DNA from: Cycas panzhihuaensis
Taxonomy: Eukaryota; Plantae; Cycadophyta
Reading direction: 5' to 3'
Assembly (NCBI GenBank): GCA_023213395.1
Contig: CM041465.1
Coordinates: 233,871,741-233,935,740 of the forward strand
Length of the DNA stretch: 64,000 nucleotides
Position numbers and translations under genes: made by a program. The notes under the pieces were generated by a model. It was not told the origin of the DNA, ran no database searches, and saw only the letters and a list, made by a program, of their open reading frames with translations. Below are positions 1 through 13,299 of the stretch, one piece after another (the first letter of the stretch is position 1; every line of letters begins with the position of its first letter).

Positions 1-481
1 TGATATTAAAGCTGAAAAATAAAGTGAAGCAAAAATTGTAATGGAGTCAAGCCACAAATAGAACCAAATTCTAAATTTTTTTAAATATGATAGATAAGGT
101 ATATCAAGAATAGATATAGATTGCATACATTGATTCAAGAAATATATCATAGAAGAGTATAATCATACAACAGAGCCACAAATGAAACCAGAAATTTTTT
201 CAAATATATTGAAGAAAATATATCAAATAAATAAGAAATATATATGTTTAAATCTGAATATAAAAGAAAGAAGAACCTGGTAATGTAGCTGTGGTAGATT
301 TGTAGAAAATAGACTTTAGATTCTTCCAGTAGATGGATCTGCTATAGTATAACTTCTCTAGAAAGCTTGTTAGGTTGAATATGCACTAAATCTTGCACAG
401 ATCTGAAAGAATATATTGAATAGATGGACCAAATATATAAAAAATGGTTAAATATTTAATAAAATATATATACCTAAAAAA

Positions 482-757
482 ATATTACATAGATCCGAGA
501 AAATATTATAGATCTTAGAGAAAAATATTGGAGATCTTAAGAAAATATTACAGATCTTAGAGAAAAATATTGTAGATCTAAAGAAAATATTACAAATTTA
601 AAGAAAATGTTACAGATCTAAAGAAAAATATTTTAGATTTGAAGAAAAATATTACAGATCTAAAGAAAAATATTACAGATCTAAAGAAAAATATTGTAGA
701 TCTGAAGAAAAATATTGTAGATCTAAAGAAAAATGTTGCAGATTTGAAGAATATATA
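482..757. repeat. Tandem array of ~13 x 20-22 bp, consensus ~TACAGATCTAAAGAAAAATAT
   Basis: Directly visible AGATCT-cored units in the element leader. Confidence 0.9.
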
Positions 758-1171
758 GAATGGATCTAGAAAAAACTTGAATAAATGTTTATTATAGTTG
801 TGCTCCTACATAGATCTAAAAGAAGTATTGAGTAAATAGATAAAATATGCTAGAAAATGGTCAAATATTTGATAAAAATATGTAAAACTTGTTGATAAAA
901 CCTCTGTAAAGTAATAAAAACTTGAATACTTGTTGATTGCAGTTATGCTCCTACACAGATCTGAAAAATATCTAAAATATATTTGTTATTTCATAAGTAT
1001 AACTCAAGAATAATTAGATCTCTAATAAAAATACAAGAAACTGCTAATAAACTTTTTACAAAATGAATATAACCAATCTTTGCTTGCTATGAGTAATCTG
1101 CTGTAGATGTTAATAAATCTTCTTTCTTTTCAAAAAAATTTAAATGAAGATACAATAGCCTAGCAATCTCT

Positions 1172-1254
1172 ACTCTGATACAAGATGTAGGACTAGATGC
1201 AAGCCTAAATGGCTCTAATACTAGATGAAGGAGCTAAATCAAGCTTTGATACCA
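1172..1254 (-). promoter_or_regulatory. Three tandem tRNA-iMet primer-binding-site units
   Basis: Minus strand TGGTATCAAAGC (1243-1254), TAGTATTAGAGC (1212-1223), TTGTATCAGAGT (1172-1183), each preceded by CCTTCA/CCTACA + TC. Confidence 0.75.
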
Positions 1255-1256
1255 GA

Positions 1257-1653
1257 TGAAGGAAAATAGTACAATGAAAAAGATGGTAGAATATAAACAC
1301 ATAATTAATGTATTATTGTATAAATAGAAAATCCTTTGTATTCAATCCATTATTTCAGAGAGTGCATCACAAATGTCTAAAAGTAGGTGGTGTCTAAAGA
1401 CACCAGGGTTGTATACCCCTCTAAATATATAGTTTGGGAGAGGAGGGAAACTCCTCAACCCCTCAAATTTAAACAACAATAAAATATAACTTAACTTAAC
1501 TCAAATAAATTTGACTCAAATTAAATCAAATCAACTTAACTTTACCTTATACTTACATTCACATATGAGCACCCACATGTGTAAATTGGTGAGAGTGAGG
1601 TGTGCACTCCTGGTTGAAAGGTGAGAGTGGGGTGATGATCATTAACTCCAATA
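1257..1653 (-). repeat. 5' LTR (397 bp)
   Basis: Minus strand starts TATTGGAGTTAAT (cf. TGTTGGAGTTAAT at 56388) and ends TTCCTTCA just before a PBS; same length as the 56388 LTR. Confidence 0.85.
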
Positions 1654-2631
1654 AATTTACCACTCTTTTTGGCATTATTTAGTCGTGGTTTAGTCTTTTT
1701 TATTTGTTGTTACTCTCCCTTGATTTGTTTTAGAGAAAAGCATTTAAAAAGATTGATTAACTGAAAGAAAATTGCCATTCTAAGGCATTTATTTGCAATA
1801 GGAAAGAAGTTTCAATCTCATGGTTTTATGGTTTACTTAATTTCACTTTTAAGTTTATATTTTTTCTCTTTAAAAGAAAAGTTTAAAGTGTTGAATAGCA
1901 AATATATGTCTGATTTTCTAGCTTCTTAAAGGTTTGAAGATCCTTTTGGAGTCTCCTTTACTCTAACCATAATATAACCTTTAGAACTAGTATCTTCTAT
2001 GGGAGTTGTAATTCATATTTGTTGTTTGTACATAGTCTCATAGGTCTAAAAAATAATTTAAAAATAATAGTAACATCTTTTTAAAATCTCTTTCTCTTGC
2101 ATTATATATCATCTCTTCAAAGAATTAATTGCATGTATGTAAAGTGATATCTTTCAAATAGCATTGCATGCTATTGTTTTGTTTAGAAAATTTACACAAA
2201 CAATTATATTATGTGTATTACATCTTTTTGAAAGTATCTTTCCATTCCTTGTAAGGTACACATATTACATATAGAGAAATAATTTCATATTTGCACTCAC
2301 ATTTCTCATCTCTAAGGCAAAAGACAAAAAAAAAAAGAAAAATATAAAAAAGTTTACATGCATCTAGCTCTAGTTTTTTCCTTTACTTATTAATTAAAAG
2401 TAAAGTAGGCCTTTTGATGTATTTTATTTTGCTTTGTTGATCATAACAAATACACATAAAAAAAAAAACACAAAAATACAAAAATAAAACACAACAAAAA
2501 AAGAAGACAAAAGAAAAGAAGAACAAAACCAAAAGAAAACAAAGCGAATACAAACAAAGAAAAGAAAAGGAATAAGAAGTAAAGTAAGAAGGACAAATTT
2601 TCCATTTGCTTACCCTTTTTTATATCTAAGT

Positions 2632-2947
2632 AGAACTTGAAAGGTTGAAAAGATTATACGAAAGGAGTCCCTAGGAAAGACATTGAAAATATTATAAGAG
2701 TAGTTCCAAAACCCAAACTCCTTCACCCAGTTCTGAAGAACCCAAAAGGTTGAAAAGATTATATGAAAAGAGTCCTTAGTAAGGATATTAAAAATATTGT
2801 AAGAGTAGTTCTGAAACTAAAACTACTTCACCTAGTTCTATAGAACCTGAAAAGTTGAAAAGATTATACGAAATGAGTCCCTAGGAAGGACATTAAAAAT
2901 ATTATAAGAGTAGTTCTGAAACTAGAACTCCTTTGCCTAATTCTATA
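2632..2947 (+). repeat. 3 x 105-bp tandem repeat, probably at the 5' end of a decayed gypsy (Athila-like) gag
   Basis: Units start at 2632, 2737 and 2842 (AGAAC...AAGGTTGAAAAGATTATACGAAA...); the period is 35 codons. Confidence 0.8.
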
Positions 2948-3704
2948 GGTTAGTGGATTCTGCTACCCCCCTTTCACATCCACTTCTTTTATCACATTCT
3001 ACATCCACACTTTATTAGACATCATAACTAAACGAATACTCATTCTCAAGAGTTAGATAAAGGTAGTCACTTAGGTCTTTTTGAACTCCATATCTCCTAC
3101 TTTTAATTGAAACAAAAATGATACCTTAATGATTGAGGGATATCTAGTTTAGGTCCTCCCAATAATGCACCAGTCAAAGCCATGAGTTGATAAAGTAACT
3201 TATAAGTAGAATTTCATATAAAGTATGTTATTATAAGGCTTCTATGGGTACCTAAATCCTAATCAAAAAACTGGTGGTGGTAATAGGAGGCATATAAACT
3301 GATGTCATGGCCAGGTAGAGGTTGTAATAATAAAAGAATGAGAATTAGGCATGAATACATGGGTGATGAAGTTCTTTCAACTAGAAAACAATGTGTATAA
3401 TATTATAGGAAAGTAGGGATTATGTAATACTTGACACATGGGGGATAATGGAACCCATAAAAACCAATTTATGCTTGTGGAGAAGTCTCATACCCTAACG
3501 AGGGGTGCCCATAAGGGAAAAAAAGGGGGTTCACATAGGAGCAAGAAGTATCATCATGGGCATAAGTTGGAATCACACCCAATGGGTGTGGAAACACAAA
3601 AAATCAACACATATTTTTTGGAAAATTTTAAGGATTTTATGTCTTCTCTTTTTTTACTTTAGTTTTTAAATAATATTTATAAGTAATAGTTTATACTCAT
3701 AATT

Positions 3705-4230
3705 GAGTAGAGTGCCCCCATGGGGCAAAATCCTAATGATGGCTAAGGATATGATAGGGTAATAAGCAGAATGTGATGAGATGCCCTCAATACAAGTCAT
3801 GAACGAAAGTAGTTTAAGCTCATTTCAAAGCAATAGTACCCTTCATAAGGGAAAAATCTTAGCAATGGCAAAGGATGGGGTAATATGATAGGTTCAACAT
3901 AATGACATGCCCCGAGTGGCAGTGATGTACATCATAAACAAAAGTAGTTTAGGCTCATTTTAGAGTGAGGTTCTTACATGGGATGAAATCTTATTGATGG
4001 TAAATTATAAAATAAGGTAAATAGCATAGCATGATGGCATTCCCCTAATGAGAGCTATACATGATATTAAGAAAAATTAGTTTAGGCTTATTTTGAAGTG
4101 AGGTGCCTACATAGGGCAAATGCCTACCAATGGTAAAGAATAAAATAAGATAAATGGCTTAGCATGATGACATGCCCCTAGTGAGAGCTATGTATGATGC
4201 TAAGCAAAAGTAGTTTAGGCTTATATTGGA
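3705..4230 (-). repeat. ~4 x 133-135 bp tandem repeat in the Tat 3'UTR
   Basis: Core GTAGTTTAGGCTCA (with variants) at 3809, 3944, 4077 and 4210. Confidence 0.8.
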
Positions 4231-7200
4231 GCCTTTGCCCTTAGTGAGAGTAAAAAGTGATCTACAAAAATTTCTTGATAGGCTCACATGGGGACCATCT
4301 AAAATGAAGAGGGAGAGTGAAGGAGAATGGGTCACACTACAACTCAAGGGGAGATATGGATGTGAATGGATCATAGGTAGTGGGTCTATCATGGGACAAT
4401 GGTGACTCAAATTTACCATTTAAATTGCAAGTAGGAAGGGCTTGATCAAAATCAAGTGGCATAGGCATGGAGTCCCAGAGATCCCACACACTTTGAACTA
4501 TATTTATTATTTATGGTGGGGAAGTCAAATAGGTTTTAGAACTTGATAAGGGCCTAAACAATAAGGGAATAGTAAGTAAAGGTTGCAGGATAGTATCTAG
4601 GTGGCCAATGAGCTAAAGGGCACTTTCTTGGGAATTTGCATGAATAGGAAGAGAAGGTGGAGGCCAACTAGGATTAGGAAGCCCTATACGATGATTAGGG
4701 GTCCTTCAGAAAGGGCCAAAAGGAAGGGAAGTGTCTTCATGGGATGGTTCCCCTAGTGTGTGGGAAATAAGAGCCACCTACTATGTATGGGGACTTATAG
4801 TCCTTAACATTCAACTTAGGATCATTAAGGAAAATAAGGTAACCATAGATACCTATACTAATGGGGGTAAACTAGACCAATTTTGGCCTAGGTGAAGGTG
4901 GATATTCATCATGGTAGGAGTTATGGCCTTAAAAAGACGTTGTAAGGGAAGGCTAAGGTTCATCAAGATTGTTACCTCTAACATTAAAGATAACTTAGTA
5001 AGCAATAAAGATGTTTGAGAAGGAGGAGGTTCATGAGCCACAACTTGCACTTGACCCTTGTAGATAAATTTGAGTTACCTCCAAAGAGAAGAACATATTA
5101 CTCCCATGCAGTCCAACCAAGGTCATCCTAAGAGTAAGTGGTAATCAATGTTAATGTTTAGGATAACCATGTTAGTAGAGATAGTCTTATCTTCAAGTAT
5201 AAGAGGCAGGGTCACTATCCCTAGAGATGCCTTCTCACTCCCATCATACCCTTAGTATTTCTAAGGGATGGGCTCAAGAAGTTGAATACCCAATTTCTTA
5301 AGCATCTGAATGGGCATGATATTTACTTAAGAACCATTATCTACAATAGCCCTCTTTAAGGCAAAGTTAAGGATCTCAATGGTGATGGTAAAGGATAATG
5401 CCAGTGGTGCTCTCACTCATTGGTAGGTGGTAGATCATGTGGATCAAAAGAGATAATAGGAGGGCCATAAGATATTATAGCCACATAGTAAATAAGCATA
5501 TCCTTTTAGCTAAAGACCTTTAGGAGTAGAGCTCATTGGACATCCATCATAAACATACTTACAAACATAGTATAGAGCTCTTAAATGATGGAGAAGGTCT
5601 TCCTCTTACCTATGGGTTAGGGAAGGGCTCTTCTAAAATTATATCATCCTAGTCAGACTAGAATGGTCTTAAGGACCATAGGGATCTCTAATAGAGAAGA
5701 ACTGATAAGTGATTATTAAGATGTGGAAGGCTCCTCAACTTCCTTAATCACTTGGGCACAGGTAAATAGGTAGACTTTCATGGTCTCGAACATATAGATG
5801 ACCCACTTGCCCTTATCATTAGGGAACGAAGGTGGGCTTTAAGTCTCAGGGCTTGAAAGATTAGAAGGATCAATTGGGGCCTTACCCTTAGAATGGTCAA
5901 ATGGTGGGTTAGGAGGAGTCCCTTTTCTTTAAGGTTATGGGCATCCATTAACTCATCAATTTTGTTGTTATGGAGGTTACTAGAGAGCATTATGGCTTGA
6001 GAGGGGATCTTGATGAATAGGTTGGTCCATGTTTGGTCTTGAACTAGATTAGGATAGGGGGTCCTATGGTGGAACCAACTCAAGATGTTGTGTCTAATAA
6101 TGGATGTTGTCATGGGTATAATAGCCATGAACTAAACACCACCTCTTTTCAAAAGAGGGTTTCTTTTCTTGGGAAGGCTCATGGCCTTCCTTAATAGGTC
6201 CTATTAGTTGAGCAACTTGACGGATGGGCTGATAACTATAAGAGGGAGCCTATAGCTCTAGAGTCAATTACATAGGTTATAACTTTAAACCCCTAAGTGC
6301 TCACTCCAAAGAGCAAAAAATAGATACAAAGGGATCCATGTTTTTATTAGCAATATTGATAGAGGGCTTAGAAGAAGGTTATTGGCCACTTTGATCATAT
6401 GGAGGAGGTGATGCCTTATGATGTGGTATATTCTTATTGATCTTCTTAAGACCAACTTGGATCTAAATTGACTCTATGGCCAAGCATTTAACTATGGTCA
6501 AATCACACATAGTCACCTATATCTTGAGGACCTACGTGTGGACCTTAGGTCATAATGCATTCATAACTATATCTCTCTTTAGTTCTTTTATCAATGTAGC
6601 CTTGGAAGAGTGAAAGAGATCATGGAAGCAATAGATGAAATCTCTATTGAGTTTATCTGATCCTTATTTAAGAGATATTAGGGCCTTATCCCCACTCTTA
6701 AAGTGTCTTACAACATTAAAATAGTTGACAAACATGTTAATTAGTTATTAGAAGTAGACTATGGAGTGGGTAGGCATATGGTAGAACCACTTCAATGTGT
6801 CTCCTTGGAGCGACCTAAGAAATAACTTCATGAGAATGTGGTCATAGGGCTAATAATCAATACATGCCATGGTGAATACCCTAACATGATTAGTAGGATC
6901 TTATAAAGAAGTTCCATTAAATTTGAGTACTTGTGATAGATGAGAAGGTAAGTTGGTTCTTATGGCTTCTTATGAAAGAGGACTAGACCTATAGTCCATG
7001 AAGGGTCATGCCCCAAGTTGGACCAAAAGATTAGATGGGGTATAAGTAGGTTGAGGATAATACCCTACTTAGGAAGGATATGGGAGGTGTGTTGGGTAAG
7101 GAATATGCCCCTATTAGTGAGGGGCATAAGAAGGAGTGGCATGAGCCTTACCTCTTACCTAATAAGGAGGAGCCATATCAGGGTAAGAATGAGAAGGATA

Positions 7201-8463
7201 TAGGGGTGGTCAAGAGTAACTAAAAGCCCCATAATCTTGGGTATGGTAGGAGTGGGTAGCTTGGGATATGATCCCTTAAGGGATAGTGGTTGAGAAGGGT
7301 GGCACTAAGGGTGCCACTAGTGCCCATTAATGTACATGAGAAGATGGGATTGAGTGGGATATATAAGAGGAAGGATGTGGTATTAGGTTTTACCAAAATA
7401 GGGCTCTAATAGAAAATGCAACTCTATAGGGTGGAGAGGATCTACCCTATAGGTTGGGAAGGGCCACAATCCCCTATAACCCTTTTATTGAGCTGTATAT
7501 ATAATGAAGGGTCCATGTGGTATGGATGAGAGCAAATAGATGGTCCTCCATTATGTCCCATATGGCAAGGATGAGGAGGGATAGATGGGTTAACTAGAGG
7601 AACCAATGTCATTGTTAGTTAGGGGATTAAGGTTTGTAATAATGGAATGATGAAAATGGATTAGGAAGCTTGGGGGATAGGTTAAGGAAGGGCCTGAGTT
7701 AGGTTAAGTCCTCCCCTAAGTGAGGTATTTATAGGAGTAGATGTGGTAGTTATGATTTGAGGAAGTAAAGTGGTAGATTAGGTAGGAATAGGAATAGAGA
7801 TTGAAAAGAACATCATAGAGTTGTTAAACAACAAGCGTTGAGCCTAAACAAGGGTGCCCTCTCCTATTTTTACCTTAAAGTGGGCTCATAATGCCTTCAT
7901 CATATCCCATGGTAGAGTATGGGTTTGATCAGAATCAGGAACATAGTCACTTTGCTATCATGGCTAAAAGGGAAATGCAGGGATGACCTTCTCAAGAACA
8001 TGAATATGTTCTTATGGGGGATGCCCGTAATTATGTGTATATGAGGCCCAAATGAGTTTTAGTAAAACTTATTGGTCTTATGAGAGGGATGTGTTAAATT
8101 ACCACATCCATAAACAAGATATTCATATAGATATGGCCCTTTTTATTAAGGTTAATCATAGGTGTAGGGATCAAATTTTTATTTGATGGGGTAATAACCT
8201 ACCATGGGTGACTCTTGGTCACTTGTAGAAATGAATGTATATTAAGGATCTATATCTATAGGTGGGAGATCACATAAGTGACAAGAGAATCATCACATTC
8301 AAGATACAATTAACACTTTCAGATGAGTAGGATATCTATAAGGGATCCTTACAAGCATCTAACTAAATGCCATTTTCAAAAAGTAAGAATGAATAGAAAG
8401 GATAAGGAAGGCCTAGATGTACCAAGTGACTTCTAGCTAGTGAGTCCCTAGTATGGTTGCTAA

Positions 8464-10857
8464 TGAAATGTGTGAGAGAGGGATAGGTCATAAGAACATA
8501 CCTAGAAACAAGGAATTAGGGGGTGAGAAATGTTTGTGCGAGGTGGAGGGTGAACTAAAGCCCTATTTAGGGTGTTCGTGCATTACTTGGGCATAGGTTG
8601 TGGACGTATATTACACTTTTTAGTAATTGGGAGAATTACCTAGCTAGGCTAACACATATGCTTATGTGTGTATATGAGTAGTATAGGTCTATAAGTAGTA
8701 AAGATCCCATGGTAAACTATGATTGGGGGGGGTATATGCTTAAATGCATTTACATCCTCTTTTGATTCAATGCAAATAAGAGAGTTGCCCTAACTAGTAG
8801 TGCAATATCACCCCACAAGTTTAGGAGCTTACAACTATATGGTCCCTTCCTTCACCTAGACTTTCAAACAAAGTATGTCAGGTCTATTGTAAGATGCACT
8901 AATATAATGCAATGTGCATCAATGAAGAAAAGAGAATTACTTTATTTTTTGGGGAGTTTTATGGTTTTTCCATTTTTTTTTGTTTTTTATGCTTTAAAAG
9001 AAAAAAACAAATAAGATGCCTAGAAAAGAAATCTATTTTCCTTTTCTCTTTTCTCTTTTTTTGGTTTTGGAGGAGAAGAGGGAGAAAACTAAATTAAAAG
9101 AAAAAGAAGAAAAAAAAACTTTTTTACTTTTTCTTTCTTTTTGATTTTGCCTTTTCCAAAAGGGAAAGAGGAGGAGTGAGGTAGATGAAAAGCTTAGCCA
9201 AGTTTCCTTTTACTCATTCTTTTTTATTATTTTGATTCTCTATTTTTCTCTTTTTGCTTTTAAAAAAAGGTAAATAGACTAACTAGGAAGAAAGAAAGCA
9301 TAGATGGAATTGATGTGATGCAATCCTTCAATATTATTCTCTTTTGATACAAGATTAGTGGACTTGAGATGTGGTCCAAGTGAAAAGAGATATTTACTAA
9401 TATGCAATATCTAAAAAAAAATTGATAACATTTTTGCTTACTAGATGGATTTATAATATAGATATGTTTATATAAATGATTTAAAAATGAGGAAATATTA
9501 GTGTAACCATATGGATTAGACTTACCTCTTGTATATCCTCACCTTGATACTATACTTTCAAAATGGTAACTAGCACCTAAGCAATACTATATCCATGTAA
9601 TATCCCATACAAAAAGTAATAGTAAATAATCAAAAAAGGTATTTTAACCAACATTATAATGAGAAGAAGGAAGGAGCCTTAGACTTAGCTCTATGTCCCC
9701 TAAATATAGTGAACTCCCCAAGCTATGCTTGGGTGTTATTTCCCCTTATAACTACCTCCTAGTCTTATGGTCTAATGGGCAACAATGGAAGGAGAAAGAA
9801 AAATGTTAAAAGAGAAATAAAAGAGAGCAAAGTAAGGCCTATCCAATAGAAAATATAACATATATAAAAGTATCAAAGTGGGAAACAATTTTACCAATGC
9901 AATTGAGAGAGGATTACTTCATCTTGATGGAGTGGAGGTTGTTAATGGTTTTTGATACTCCACTTGAGGGTATTCTAATGTTGTTAGAAGGGAATATCTC
10001 TAAGTATGTAAGTAACAAAGGGTGATGTAGACCAAGTATGCCTAGTTCTCTTGTAATTTTAGTAGCATGATGGAATTATCTTCACTTTACTTGATCTCCC
10101 TGTTAAATGAAAAAATGAGGAGATTTATAGATGAGGGTAAGGCTAAGGAATGTGGTTTTAAGCCAATGATATGGAAGAAAATAAGGGGTCAAATACATGA
10201 AACATTCTCATTAATTTGGACCAGAACCACATGGGAAAGAATAATTTTGGTGTGACATGGCCTCTTGGGCCATCCAAAACTAATAAGCACCAACCTAGAG
10301 CCAACGCAAGGTGCCCATAACTGATAAGATATCATTAATGAGTTGACTATCACCATTAGGCCTAAATCTGAGTAGGTGATAGACATATTATAAAATCATT
10401 TATGGTACCATGAAGTATTTTGTGGTACCATTGTTGTAAGCAAAATTCATAGTGGTTCGACAGCAAGCAAGGTTATTTAATGAAAAACACATGTAAATAG
10501 GCCAAAAATTCATCAATGGTAAAATCTAACTGTAAATATAGTCAACACGAAGAGGTGGATGATGAAATAAAGTATGAAAAATAGATCAAAATGAGATTAA
10601 GAGGATGTTAGAAGGGGGATAAACACCTATTCCAACTCAAAAAGCTCAATGGGTAAACTCATGGCCAATGACTGAAGTTATGCTCATCATTAGCTAAAAG
10701 TATACATGGCTCACCATATCAAACAAACAAGCAAAGGCACACCTCCACTATCTAAGATCATGATGGAAGGAATCAATGAAGGGTAAAGAGTCATGAAGTA
10801 TACCTTTACTTACCTATTTGTCATAGTGTCTATGTCATTCTTAGAAGCTGAGAAATA
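8464..10857 (-). repeat. 5' LTR (~2.4 kb) of the TatII-family element
   Basis: Minus start TATTTCTCAG...AATAGGTAAGTAAAGGTATAC resembles the 31418 LTR start; ends CACATTTCA before PBS TAGCAACCATACTAGGGA; homologous to 21443-23919. Confidence 0.75.
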
Positions 10858-10899
10858 ATACCTTAGAAGTAAAATAATAAATTTTAAAATCATGCCATA

Positions 10900-11795
10900 A
10901 TAGTGATAACTAGCCACTCACAGGGTCTATTTCTAACTTATTTAACAGTCAAAGTTTAGACCCTAAGCTTGAAACCTAGATATAACTAGTTAATTTCTAC
11001 TTTACTTCCCATATTCATTAGGTTATCTCTAAGTTATTATTGCAGCCCCTATGGTATTAATCATTCATATTGATGAAGGAAGCCATGGGATCCCATACCT
11101 TCTCTTATAGCCTAAACCATTCAGGACCAAGCAGTCCATATCTTAACCTATACTAGAATCTATGTTCTATAGCAACCAATAATATTGTTGAGTACATTAT
11201 TATCACTAATGCTTCCATTGATGTATGACTAGTCCATCATAGCCCTATGCTACTGCTTTTTGGCTCTTAGATAGTTGTTTGTCAACTCACCCAAGTCTAC
11301 TAGGTTCATTGCCCTTAATTATATGCTCTTATTAATATAGTTAGGTCACTTTTATCCCAATTCTTATATATTATAATCCAACACATTCCATATGAATAGA
11401 ACACTAAAATAAATCAACTTGTTACTTTTATTTTGGATATCACTTACCATTAGTTGGTGCTCCTTCTCAAGGCTTTAGAGCCCATTTATGAAGTTGAGCC
11501 TATAAGCCATCTTCCTTATCAATTCCAATCAAGTCTTTAAAATGAGAGTAATCAATCTAATAGTCCACTATGAGTTTAAACTAGAATTCATACTCTAAAA
11601 TGAGGGTAAACTACTCATCTCTCTAGTATGAGATTAAACTACCTTGTAAATATATGAATATCAGCCCTATGGAGGCTTTTTAAAGTGGCAATTCTTAAGT
11701 ATCATTCTCAGTTAGATCCTATCTTAGTATTATTATTTTAATCTCTTTTCTTTGCCCAATATGTTTGCTTTTCTAAAAACAAAAAAAATATCGTA

Positions 11796-11890
<95 letters not shown>

Positions 11891-13200
11891 AAAATGAAGA
11901 AAAGGAAAAAAAAAAAAAAAGACCTTGTTAGCTTTGAGATGAGCGCAAACAATTCCTACCTCCAAAAAAATCACTAATGAGGTTAATATATGGTGATCAT
12001 CATTAACATTGGAGTTCATGCCTCTAACATTTGAGGTAACCTCTCTTATACCCAAGGTTAAATCTAACTCCAAGATGATCCCAACTAACTCCTCCTTTAA
12101 AGGTACTCATTGATGAGGCTAAACTTGGATGCCAACCCTTGACTTCTAAGCTCAACCCCTTAGCTATTGAGGTAATACCTTACCTACCTAAGATTACTCT
12201 AAAATTAATTACTATTGAGGATAAGTTATTGTGATTCTTTCATGTTTATTTAGGTTCTATCATAACTTCTAAGCTTGTCATAGTGGATTACAATACAAAT
12301 CCAATCTCCATCCTCTTTAACACGCCTTTTAAGTTATTACCAATGAGATTAAACTAAGGGAAACATTCTCTAAACACCTGCTAAGGAGACTAAACTATGG
12401 AGGACTTACTTCCCTTATCATTTTAATATGCACATGAAATAGTCTAATTAGGGCATTATTGATACCATTTACCATATAATAGCCCACATCTAAAAAGGTT
12501 CTACTATGAAGGGGGGAAGTGTTTCCTACAATTCAAGAAGTTTACATTCATTTCAATAATAGATAAGTGAAGGAACATGCTTCTTATTGCATTTCAATTT
12601 AGTTTTTAATTTTATAAAACATATACTAATATTTGCTTATTGTCTTATTAGATAGGTATGTATATTCAATTGATGATGATCTTGACTATGGTTAGTGGCA
12701 AAATAAGTTATCCACTTGAGCATAATAGACTATAGAATGGCTTTTAAGTGCCTCTTTAGACACTTTTTGCCCTTCTTATTTTCCCATTTGTGATGTTTTC
12801 CTACTTATCTTACTCATTTAGATGCTTTTGTTATCAAAACTATTTTTTTTCTACATATTTTCATCTATCCTATTATAATTTTTGCTTGTCCCACTCTAAT
12901 TTTTGACCATCCTATGCTAAAAAATGTTTGTTCTGCTCTAATTCACACTTTTAGGATTTTAACAGTACCATTAAGTTTAACATGGTACTGTAAAGTTCTA
13001 AACTTTGTAGTACAATCGAGAACTTCATAATATTAATATTCTTGCATTAAAATATTTCAGCCTATAGTTGGCAGTGCACTTATGCTATTTAACTATGAAC
13101 CATATATTAAATTTGATCCAAACCATAGGCCACGCATGGGTTTCATTCAAAATCATGGGTTATAAACCATTAATTGGCATAAAAAACATGGGTTATTATT
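10900..13200 (+). mobile_element. 3' fragment of another TatII-family element (3'UTR motifs, PPT, start of 3' LTR)
   Basis: TGAGNNTAAACTA motifs at 11571-12398; PPT AAGGGGGGAAG followed by TGTTTCCT at 12520, the same start as the 31418 LTR. Confidence 0.6.
11796..11888. repeat. Compound microsatellite (TG)n(TA)n(AG)~29
   Basis: Directly visible. Confidence 0.97.
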
Positions 13201-13299
13201 TTATAACTTTTTGATAAATTATGGACCTAAGACTATAGGCCTTGCCTCTTATTTTTCTAATAAATACACTTCCCATTTCATTAAATAGAAGACCAAAAT

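Larger units (their letters stand above)
1..1653 (-). mobile_element. 5' part of a copia-derived LTR element (same family as 56388-62817); continues beyond the left edge of the window
   Basis: Reverse complement is homologous to ~56388-58150 (LTR, PBS units, AGATCT repeats). Confidence 0.85.
3705..10857 (-). mobile_element. TatII-family gypsy element carrying gag and protease only (RT/RH/INT absent), 3' LTR not found
   Basis: 5' LTR 8464-10857; PBS 8445-8462; gag motif FTMACIDY*PYDHILMKLFLRSLQGDTLKWFY (~6770-6890) matches ORF 36085; protease end DYHLLLG*PWLDCMG (~5100-5160) matches 37861; then 3'UTR repeats. Confidence 0.8.

Noticed and set aside
3438-3662. 74-aa His/Lys-rich ORF
   Set aside because: Low complexity, in TE non-coding sequence, no domain similarity recognised.
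11738-12073. ORFs 11738-12073 and 11795-11977
   Set aside because: Translations of the compound microsatellite and A-tracts.
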